A stretch of DNA of 48,940 bases, from the NCBI GenBank assembly GCA_027923505.1, contig BROI01000022.1, positions 620,001 to 668,940 on the forward strand, read 5' to 3'. Below, in pieces: positions 34,238 to 45,738 of this stretch. Every line of letters starts with the position of its first letter. The stretch's first letter is position 1. The DNA is from Mayamaea pseudoterrestris. Its lineage: Eukaryota. Made by a program: the position numbers and the translations under genes. The notes under the pieces are model-generated. The model was not told the origin of the DNA. It did no database searches and was given only the letters and a program-made list of their open reading frames with translations.

Positions 34238-37200
34238 AATTGTTGAATGTGCTAGCAGTGAGCCATGCTTTAACTACAGGATCATCAGCTTTGCCTGCTA
34301 AGAAATCCAACCCCTTTCAGTTAATGTTTGTTGACATTTTGATCCAATGCTGGGGTGACCATCACCCCAATATCCACCAGCCTGGCTGCCATGGTGAGAC
34401 TCAGCAGATCCAATAACTTGTTGGATCTGCCAGCAGTGCACCTCAGCTGGTACACAGACCGCCAGGATGGCCTGCAGACCCAAGAATATCAAAACCAAAA
34501 TACATATGATACAATTGGACCAATAGCCATGTCAATTGTGGTGTGGAACGCAGCATTGTGCCATGAGACTGCGCACATTCAACAAGTTGTTGAATGTACT
34601 TGCAGTGCACCCTTTTTGGTTATAGGATCATCAGCCTTGCCTGCTAAGCCATCCAACCCCTTTCCACTGATGTTTGTTAACATTTGATCCAATGCTGGAG
34701 TGACTATCACCCCAATATCCACCAGCCTGGCTGCCATGGTGCGAGTCAGCAGATCCAATAAGTTGTTCGATCTGCCAGTGGTGCACCTCAGCAGGTACAC
34801 AGACAGCAGAATGGCTTGCAGACCAAAGAATATTAAAACCATATTACATATAATACAATTGGACCAATAGTCATGTCAATTGTGGTGTGGAACGCAGCAT
34901 TGTGCCATGAGACTGCGCACATTCAACAAGTTGTTGAATGTGCTAGCAGTGCACCCTTTTTGGCTATAGGATCATCAGCCTTGCCTGCTAAGCCATCCAA
35001 CCCCTTTCCACTAATGTTTGTTGACATTTTGATCCAATGCTGGGGTGACTATCACCCCAATATCCACCAGCCTGGCTGCCATGGTGAGACCCGGCAGATC
35101 CAATAACTTGTTGGATCTGCCAGCAGTGCACCTCAGCTGGTACACAGACCGCCAGGATGGCCTGCAGACCCAAGAATATCATAACCAAAATACATATGAT
35201 ACAATTGGACCAATAGCCATGTCAATTGTGGTGTGGAACGCAGCATTGTGCCATGAGACTGCGCACATTCAACAAGTTGTTGAATGTGCTAGCAGTGCAC
35301 CCTTTTTGGCTATAGGATCATCAGCCTTGCCTGCTAAGCCATCCAACCCCTTTCCACTAATGTTTGTTGACATTTTGATCCAATGCTGGGGTGACTATCA
35401 CCCCAATATCCACCAGCCTGGCTGCCATGGTGAGACTCGGCAGATCCAATAACTTGTTGGATCTGCCAGTGGTGCACCTCAGCTGGTACACAGACAGCCA
35501 GAATGGCCTGCAGACCCAAGAATATCAAAACCAAAATACATATGATACAATTGGACCAATAGTCATGTCAATTGTGGTGTGGAACGCAGCATTGTGCCAC
35601 GAGACTGCGCACATTCAACAAGTTGTTGAATGTGCTAGCAGTGCACCCTTTTTGGCTATAGGATCATCAGCCTTGCCTGCTAAGCCATCCAACCCCTTTC
35701 CACTAATGTTTGTTGACATTTTGATCCAATGCTGGGGTGACTATCACCCCAATATCCACCAGCCTGGCTGCCATGGTGAGACTCGGCAGATCCAATAACT
35801 TGTTGGATCTGCCAGCAGTGCACCTCAGCTGGTACACAGACCACCAGGATGGCCTGCAGACCCAAGAATATCAAAACCAAAATACATATGATACAATTGG
35901 ACCAATAGTCATGTCAATTGTGGTGTGGAACGCAGCATTGTGCCATGAGACTGCGCACATTCAACAAGTTGTTGAATGTGCTAGCAGTGAGCCATGCTTT
36001 AACTACAGGATCATCAGCCTTGCCTGCTAAGCCATCCAACCCCTTTCCACTAATGTTTGTTGACATTTTGAGCCAATGCTGGGGTGACTATCACCCCAAT
36101 ATCCACCAGCCTGGCTGCCATGGTAAGACTCGGCAGATCCAATAAGTTGTTGCATCTGCCAGCGGTGCACCTCAGCTGGTACACAGACAGCCAGAATGGC
36201 CTGCAGACCCAAGAATATCAAAACCAAAATACATATGATACAATTGGACCAATAGTCATGTCAATTGTGGTGTGGAACGCAGCATTGTGCCATGAGACTG
36301 CGCACATTCAACAAGTTGTTGAATGTGCTAGCAGTGCACCCTCTTTGGCTATAGGATCATCAGCCTTGCCTGCTAAGCCATCCAACCCCTTTCCACTAAT
36401 GTTTGTTGACATTTTGATCCAATGCTGGGGTGACTATCACCCCAATATCCACCAGCCTGGCTGCCATGGTGAGACCTGGCAGATCCAATAACTTGTTGGA
36501 TCTGCCAGCAGTGCACCTCAGCTGGTACACAGACAGCCAGAATGGCCTGCAGACCCAAGAATATCAAAACCAAAATACATATGATACAATTGGACCAATA
36601 GTCATGTCAATTGTGGTGTGGAACGCAGCATTGTGCCATGAGACTGCGCACATTCAACAAGTTGTTGAATGTGCTAGCAGTGCACCCTTTTGGCTATAGG
36701 ATCATCAGCCTTGCCTGCTAAGCCATCCAACCCCTTTCCACTAATGTTTGTTGACATTTTGAGCCAATGCTGGAGTGACTATCACCCCAATATCCACCAG
36801 CCTGGCTGCCATGGTGAGACTCGGCAGATCCAATAAGTTGTTGGATCTGCCAGTGGTGCACCTCAGCTGGTACACAGACAGCCAGAATGGCCTGCAGACC
36901 CAAGAATATCAAAACCAAAATACATATGATACAATTGGACCAATAGTCATGTCAATTGTGGTGTGGAACGCAGCATTGTGCCATGAGACTGCGCACATTC
37001 AACAAGTTGTTGAATGTGCTAGCAGTGCACCCTTTTTGGCTATAGGATCATCAGCCTTGCCTGCTAAGCCATCCAACCCCTTTCCACTAATGTTTGTTGA
37101 CATTTTGAGCCAATGCTGGGGTGACTATCACCCCAATATCCACCAGCCTGGCTGCCATGGTGAGACTCGGCAGATCCAATAAGTTGTTGGATCTGCCAGC

Positions 37201-40200
37201 GGTGCACCTCAGCTGGTACACAGACTGCCAGGATGGCCTGCAGACCCAAGAATATCAAAACCAAAATACATATGATACAATTGGACCAATAGTCATGTCA
37301 ATTGTGGTGTGGAACGCAGCATTGTGCCATGAGACTGCGCACATTCAACAAGTTGTTGAATGTGCTAGCAGTGCACCCTTTTGGCTATAGGATCATCAGC
37401 CTTGCCTGCTAAGCCATCCAACCCCTTTCCACTAATGTTTGTTGACATTTTGATCCAATGCTGGGGTGACTATCACCCCAATATCCACCAGCCTGGCTGC
37501 CATGGTGAGACTCGGCAGATCCAATAACTTGTTGGATCTGCCAGCAGTGCACCTCAGCTGGTACACAGACCGCCAGGATGGCCTGCAGACCCAAGAATAT
37601 CAAAACCAAAATACATATGATACAATTGGACCAATAGTCATGTCAATTGTGGTGTGGAACGCAGCATTGTGCCATGAGACTGCGCACATTCAACAAGTTG
37701 TTGAATGTGCTAGCAGTGCACCCTTTTTGGCTATAGGATCATCAGCCTTGCCTGCTAAGCCATCCAACCCCTTTCCACTAATGTTTGTTGACATTTTGAG
37801 CCAATGCTGGGGTGACTATCACCCCAATATCCACCAGCCTGGCTGCCATGGTGAGACCTGGCAGATCCAATAACTTGTTGGATCTGCCAGCAGTGCACCT
37901 CAGCTGGTACACAGACAGCCAGAATGGCCTGCAGACCCAAGAATATCAAAACCAAAATACATATGATACAATTGGACCAATAGTCATGTCAATTGTGGTG
38001 TGGAACGCAGCATTGTGCCATGAGACTGCGCACATTCAACAAGTTGTTGAATGTGCTAGCAGTGAGCCATGCTTTGGGCTATAGGATCATCAGTCTTGCC
38101 TGCTAAGCCATCCAACCCCTTTCCACTAATGTTGGTTGACATTTTGAGCCAATGCTGGAGTGACTATCACCCCAATATGCACCAGCCTGGCTGCCATGGT
38201 GAGACTCGGCAGATCCAATAAGTTGTTGGATCTGTCAGTGGTGCACCTCAGCTGGTACACAGACAGCTAGAATGGCCTGCAGACCAAAGAATATCAAAAC
38301 CAAAATACATATGATACAATTGGACCAAAAGTCACGTCAATAGTGGTGCGGAACGCAGCATTATGCCATGAGACTGCGCACATTCAACAAGTTGTTGAAT
38401 GTGCTAGCAGTGAGCCATGCTTTAACTACAGGATCATCAGCCTTGCCTGCTAAGCCATCCAACCTGTTTCCACTAATGTTTGTTGACATTTTGAGCCAAT
38501 GCTGGGGTGACTATCACCCCAATATCCACCAGCCTGGCTGCCATGGTGAGACCTGGCAGATCCAATAACTTGTTGGATCTGCCAGCAGTGCACCTCAGCT
38601 GGTACACAGACCACCAGGATGGCCTGCAGACCCAAGAATATCAAAACCAAAATACATATGATACAATTGGACCAATAGTCATGTCAAATTTGGTGTGGAA
38701 CGCAGCATTGTGCCACGAGACTGCGCACATTCAACAAGTTGTTGAATGTGCTAGCAGTGCACCCTTTTTGGCTATAGGATCATCAGCCTTGCCTGCTAAG
38801 CCATCCAACCCCTTTCCACTAATGTTTGTTGACATTTTGAGCCAATGCTGGGGTGACTATCACCCCAATATCCACCAGCCTGGCTGCCATGGTGAGACTC
38901 GGCAGATCCAATAAGTTGTTGGATCTGCCAGTGGTGCACCTCAGCTGGTACACAGACAGCCAGAATGGCCTGCAGACCCAAGAATATCAAAACCAAAATA
39001 CATATGATACAATTGGACCAATAGTCACGTCAATTGTGGCGTGGAACACAGCATTGTGCCATGAGACTGCGCACATTCAACAAGTTGTCGAATGTGCTAG
39101 CAGTGAACCATGCTTTGGGCTACAGGATCATCCGCCTTGCCTGCTAAGCCATCTAACCCCTTTCCACTAATGTTGGTTAATATTTTGATCCAATGCTGGG
39201 GTGACTAACACCCCAATATCCACCAGCCTGTCTGCCATGGTGAGACGTGCCATGAGACTGCGCACATTCAACAAGTTGTTGAATGTGCTAGCAGTGCACC
39301 CTCTTTGGCTATAGGATCATCAGCCTTGCCTGCTAAGCCATCCAACCCCTTTCCACTAATGTTTGTTGACATTTTGATCCAATGCTGGGGTGACTATCAC
39401 CCCAATATCCACCAGCCTGGCTGCCATGGTGAGACCTGGCAGATCCAATAACTTGTTGGATCTGCCAGCAGTGCACCTCAGCTGGTACACAGACAGCCAG
39501 AATGGCCTGCAGACCCAAGAATATCAAAACCAAAATACATATGATACAATTGGACCAATAGTCATGTCAATTGTGGTGTGGAACGCAGCATTGTGCCATG
39601 AGACTGCGCACATTCAACAAGTTGTTGAATGTGCTAGCAGTGCACCCTTTTGGCTATAGGATCATCAGCCTTGCCTGCTAAGCCATCCAACCCCTTTCCA
39701 CTAATGTTTGTTGACATTTTGAGCCAATGCTGGAGTGACTATCACCCCAATATCCACCAGCCTGGCTGCCATGGTGAGACTCGGCAGATCCAATAAGTTG
39801 TTGGATCTGCCAGTGGTGCACCTCAGCTGGTACACAGACAGCCAGAATGGCCTGCAGACCCAAGAATATCAAAACCAAAATACATATGATACAATTGGAC
39901 CAATAGTCATGTCAATTGTGGTGTGGAACGCAGCATTGTGCCATGAGACTGCGCACATTCAACAAGTTGTTGAATGTGCTAGCAGTGCACCCTTTTTGGC
40001 TATAGGATCATCAGCCTTGCCTGCTAAGCCATCCAACCCCTTTCCACTAATGTTTGTTGACATTTTGAGCCAATGCTGGGGTGACTATCACCCCAATATC
40101 CACCAGCCTGGCTGCCATGGTGAGACTCGGCAGATCCAATAAGTTGTTGGATCTGCCAGCGGTGCACCTCAGCTGGTACACAGACTGCCAGGATGGCCTG

Positions 40201-42241
40201 CAGACCCAAGAATATCAAAACCAAAATACATATGATACAATTGGACCAATAGTCATGTCAATTGTGGTGTGGAACGCAGCATTGTGCCATGAGACTGCGC
40301 ACATTCAACAAGTTGTTGAATGTGCTAGCAGTGCACCCTTTTGGCTATAGGATCATCAGCCTTGCCTGCTAAGCCATCCAACCCCTTTCCACTAATGTTT
40401 GTTGACATTTTGATCCAATGCTGGGGTGACTATCACCCCAATATCCACCAGCCTGGCTGCCATGGTGAGACTCGGCAGATCCAATAACTTGTTGGATCTG
40501 CCAGCAGTGCACCTCAGCTGGTACACAGACCGCCAGGATGGCCTGCAGACCCAAGAATATCAAAACCAAAATACATATGATACAATTGGACCAATAGTCA
40601 TGTCAATTGTGGTGTGGAACGCAGCATTGTGCCATGAGACTGCGCACATTCAACAAGTTGTTGAATGTGCTAGCAGTGCACCCTTTTTGGCTATAGGATC
40701 ATCAGCCTTGCCTGCTAAGCCATCCAACCCCTTTCCACTAATGTTTGTTGACATTTTGAGCCAATGCTGGGGTGACTATCACCCCAATATCCACCAGCCT
40801 GGCTGCCATGGTGAGACCTGGCAGATCCAATAACTTGTTGGATCTGCCAGCAGTGCACCTCAGCTGGTACACAGACAGCCAGAATGGCCTGCAGACCCAA
40901 GAATATCAAAACCAAAATACATATGATACAATTGGACCAATAGTCATGTCAATTGTGGTGTGGAACGCAGCATTGTGCCATGAGACTGCGCACATTCAAC
41001 AAGTTGTTGAATGTGCTAGCAGTGAGCCATGCTTTGGGCTATAGGATCATCAGTCTTGCCTGCTAAGCCATCCAACCCCTTTCCACTAATGTTGGTTGAC
41101 ATTTTGAGCCAATGCTGGAGTGACTATCACCCCAATATGCACCAGCCTGGCTGCCATGGTGAGACTCGGCAGATCCAATAAGTTGTTGGATCTGTCAGTG
41201 GTGCACCTCAGCTGGTACACAGACAGCTAGAATGGCCTGCAGACCAAAGAATATCAAAACCAAAATACATATGATACAATTGGACCAAAAGTCACGTCAA
41301 TAGTGGTGCGGAACGCAGCATTATGCCATGAGACTGCGCACATTCAACAAGTTGTTGAATGTGCTAGCAGTGAGCCATGCTTTAACTACAGGATCATCAG
41401 CCTTGCCTGCTAAGCCATCCAACCTGTTTCCACTAATGTTTGTTGACATTTTGAGCCAATGCTGGGGTGACTATCACCCCAATATCCACCAGCCTGGCTG
41501 CCATGGTGAGACCTGGCAGATCCAATAACTTGTTGGATCTGCCAGCAGTGCACCTCAGCTGGTACACAGACCACCAGGATGGCCTGCAGACCCAAGAATA
41601 TCAAAACCAAAATACATATGATACAATTGGACCAATAGTCATGTCAAATTTGGTGTGGAACGCAGCATTGTGCCACGAGACTGCGCACATTCAACAAGTT
41701 GTTGAATGTGCTAGCAGTGCACCCTTTTTGGCTATAGGATCATCAGCCTTGCCTGCTAAGCCATCCAACCCCTTTCCACTAATGTTTGTTGACATTTTGA
41801 GCCAATGCTGGGGTGACTATCACCCCAATATCCACCAGCCTGGCTGCCATGGTGAGACTCGGCAGATCCAATAAGTTGTTGGATCTGCCAGTGGTGCACC
41901 TCAGCTGGTACACAGACAGCCAGAATGGCCTGCAGACCCAAGAATATCAAAACCAAAATACATATGATACAATTGGACCAATAGTCACGTCAATTGTGGC
42001 GTGGAACACAGCATTGTGCCATGAGACTGCGCACATTCAACAAGTTGTCGAATGTGCTAGCAGTGAACCATGCTTTGGGCTACAGGATCATCCGCCTTGC
42101 CTGCTAAGCCATCTAACCCCTTTCCACTAATGTTGGTTAATATTTTGATCCAATGCTGGGGTGACTAACACCCCAATATCCACCAGCCTGGCTGCCATGG
42201 TGAGACCTGGCAGATCCAGATCCAATAAGTTGTTGGATCTT
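34238..42241 (-). repeat. Satellite C (345-347 bp), ~23 copies; diverged reverse complement of B
   Basis: 346-bp period. catggtgagactcggcagatccaataacttgttggatctgccagcagtgcacctc is the near reverse complement of the B segment gaggtgcactgctagtagatccaacaagttgatggatctgccgagtctcaccatg. Confidence 0.95.
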
Positions 42242-42419
42242 TTACATGGTGATTCAGACTGGAATGGGTGGGTGCAACTGACCCAAGCATTGGCCCATCA
42301 TGACACCAAACATGAATTGAAATGGATTGGGGGGCTCAACAGGCAACAATGATGGTTTGTGTGGCCAAAAAGGGTGCATGGCTGGCACATTCAACCATTG
42401 GTTAAAGGCATTGGTTAAA
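42242..42419 (+). repeat. Remainder of the interrupted B monomer plus the B-to-A junction
   Basis: tacatggtg...gactggaatgggtgggtgcaactg...gcacattcaaccattggttaaaggca, with a short cattggttaaagg duplication. Confidence 0.9.
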
Positions 42420-45400
42420 GGCACCTACAGCAAGCCCTGTAGGTGCCCCTATTACACCAGAATGATGCCAACATCATTATTCAGGCTGCGCTACAAGATG
42501 GTAGGCTTGGCGGGTGTCTCAGGGAATGGCAATGTATTTGGTGACAACTTGTCACCAGTCTCAGCCCGCAGATGCCGTGACATTCAAACGCCCCAACAGC
42601 AAGCCCTGTAGGTGCCCCCATTACACCAGAATGGTGCCAACATCATTATTCAGGCTGCGCTACAAGATGGTAGGCTTGGCGGGTGTCTCAGGGAATGGCA
42701 ATGTATTTGGTGACAACTTGTCACCAGTCTCAGCCCGCAGATGCCGTGACATTCAAACGCCCCTACAGCAAGCCCTGTAGGTGCCCAAATTACACCAGAA
42801 TGGTGCCAACATCATTATTCAGGCTGCGCTACAAGATGGTAGGCTTGGCGGGTGTCTCAGGGAATGGCAATGTATTTGGTGACAAGTTGTCACCAGTCTC
42901 AGCCCGCAGATGCCGTGACATTCAAACGCACCTACAGCAAGCCCTGTAGGTGCCCAAATTACACCAGAATGGTGCCAACATCATTATTCAGGCTGCGCTA
43001 CAAGATGGTAGGCTTGGCGGGTGTAACAGGGCATGGCAATGTATTTGGTGACAACTTGTCACCAGTCTCAGCCCGCAGATGCCGTGACATTCAAACGCCC
43101 CAACAGCAAGCCCTGTAGGTGCCCCCATTACACCAGAATGGTGCCAACATCATTATTCAGGCTGCGCTACAAGATGGTAGGCTTGGTGGGTGTCTCAGGG
43201 AATGGCAATGTATTTGGTGACAACTTGTCACCAGTCTCAGCCCGCAGATGCCGTGACATTCAAACGCACCTACAGCAAGCCCTGTAGGTGCCCAGATTAC
43301 ACCAGAATGGTGCCAACATCATTATTCAGGCTGCGCTACAAGATGGTAGGCTTGGCGGGTGTCTCAGGGAATGGCAATGTATTTGGTGACAACTTGTCAC
43401 CAGTCTCAGCCCGCAGATGCCGTGACATTCAAACGCCCCAACAGCAAGCCCTGTAGGTGCCCCCATTACACCAGAATGGTGCCAACATCATTATTCAGGC
43501 TGCGCTACAAGATGGCAGGCTTGGCGGGTGTCTCAGGGAATGGCAATGTATTTGGTGACAACTTGTCACCAGTCTCAGCCCGCAGATGCCATGACATTCA
43601 AATGCCCCAACAGCAAGCCCTGTAGATGCCCAGATTACTCCAGAATGGTGCCAACATCATTATTCAGGCTGCGCTACAAGATGGTAGGCTTGGCGGGTGT
43701 CTCAGGGAATGGCAATGTATTTGGTGACAACTTGTCACCAGTCTCAGCCCGCAGATGCCGTGACATTCAAACGCCCCAACAGCAAGCCCTGTAGGTGCCC
43801 AAATTACACCAGAATGGTGCCAACATCATTATTCAGGCTGCGCTACAAGATGGTAGGCTTGGTGGGTGTCTCAGGGAATGGCAATGTATTTGGTGACAAC
43901 TTGTCACCAGTCTCAGCCCGCAGATGCCGTGACATTCAAACGCACCTACAGCAAGCCCTGTAGGTGCCCAAATTACACCAGAATGGTGCCAACATCATTA
44001 TTCAGGCTGCGCTACAAGATGGTAGGCTTGGCGGGTGTCTCAGGGAATGGCAATGTATTTGGTGACAACTTGTCACCAGTCTCAGCCCGCAGATGCTGTG
44101 ACATTCAAACGCCCTAACAGCAAGCCCTGTAGGTGCCCCCATTACACCAGAATGGTGCCAACATCATGTCTCAGGGAAAGGCAATGTATTTGGTGACAAC
44201 TTGTCACCAGTCTCAGCCCGCAGATGCCATGACATTCAAACGCACCTACAGCAAGCCCTGTAGGTGACCAAATTACACCAGAATGGTGCCAACATCATTA
44301 TTCCGGCTGCGCTACAAGATGGTAGGCTTGGCGGGTGTCTCAGGGAATGGCAATGTATTTGGTGACAACTTGTCACCAGTCTCAGCCCGCAGATGCCGTG
44401 ACATTCAAACGCCCCAACAGCAAGCCCTGTAGGTGCCCCCATTACACCAGAATGGTGCCAACATCATTATTCAGGCTGCGCTACAAGATGGTAGGCTTGG
44501 CGGGTGTCTCAGGGAATGGCAATGTATTTGGTGACAACTTGTCACCAGTCTCAGCCCGCAGATGCCGTGACATTCAAACGCACCTACAGCAAGCCCTGTA
44601 GGTGCCCAGATTACTCCAGAATGGTGCCAACATCATTATTCAGGCTGCGCTACAAGATGGCAGGCTTGGCGGGTGTCTCAGGGAATGGCAATGTATTTGG
44701 TGACAACTTGTCACCAGTCTCAGCCCGCAGATGCCGTGACATTCAAATGCCCCAACAGCAAGCCCTGTAGATGCCCAGATTACTCCAGAATGGTGCCAAC
44801 ATCATTATTCAGGCTGCGCTACAAGATGGTAGGCTTGGCGGGTGTCTCAGGGAATGGCAATGTATTTGGTGACAACTTGTCACCAGTCTCAGCCCGCAGA
44901 TGCCGTGACATTCAAACGCCCCTACAGCAAGCCCTGTAGGTGCCCAAATTACACCAGAATGGTGCCAACATCATTATTCAGGCTGCGCTACAAGATGGTA
45001 GGCTTGGCGGGTGTCTCAGGGAATGGCAATGTATTTGGTGACAACTTGTCACCAGTCTCAGCCCGCAGATGCCGTGACATTCAAACGCCCCAACAGCAAG
45101 CCCTGTAGGTGCCCCCATTACACCAGAATGGTGCCAACATCATTATTCAGGCTGCGCTACAAGATGGTAGGCTTGGCGGGTGTCTCAGGGAATGGCAATG
45201 TATTTGGTGACAACTTGTCACCAGTCTCAGCCCGCAGATGCCGTGACATTCAAACGCCCCTACAGCAAGCCCTGTAGGTGCCCAAATCACACCAGAAATG
45301 GTGCCAATTTCATTATTCAGGCTGCGCTACAAGATGGTAGGCTTGGCGGGTGTCTCAGGAAATGGCGATGTATTTGGTGACAACTTGTCACCAGTCTCAG

Positions 45401-45738
45401 CCCGCAGATGCCGTGACATTCAAACGCCCCAACAGCAAGCCCTGTAGGTGCCCAGATTACTCCAGAATGGTGCCAACATCATTATTCAGGCTGCGCTACA
45501 AGATGGTAGGCTTGGCGGGTGTCTCAGGGAATGGCAATGTATTTGGTGACAACTTGTCACCAGTCTCAGCCCGCAGATGCCGTGACATTCAAACGCCCCA
45601 ACAGCAAGCCCTGTAGGTGCCCCCATTACACCAGAATGGTGCCAACATCATTATTCAGGCTGCGCTACAAGATGGTAGCAATGGTGGGTGTCTCAGGGAA
45701 TGGCAATGTATTTGGTGACAAGTTGTCACCAGTCTCAG
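42420..45738 (+). repeat. Satellite A (169 bp), ~20 copies, one with a 38-bp deletion near 44167
   Basis: 169-bp period. The array ends abruptly after the hairpin + gtctcag at 45738. Confidence 0.97.

Noticed and set aside
31812..45738. CRISPR-like array (palindromic repeats at regular spacing)
   Set aside because: The sequences between palindromes are near-identical rather than unique spacers, the periods are 169/346 bp, there are no cas genes, and the context is eukaryotic.
31812..45738. Tandem 5S rRNA, tRNA or snRNA gene array
   Set aside because: I could not recognise a 5S sequence, cloverleaf, A/B boxes or U-snRNA sequence in any monomer. An Rfam scan would be the formal test.
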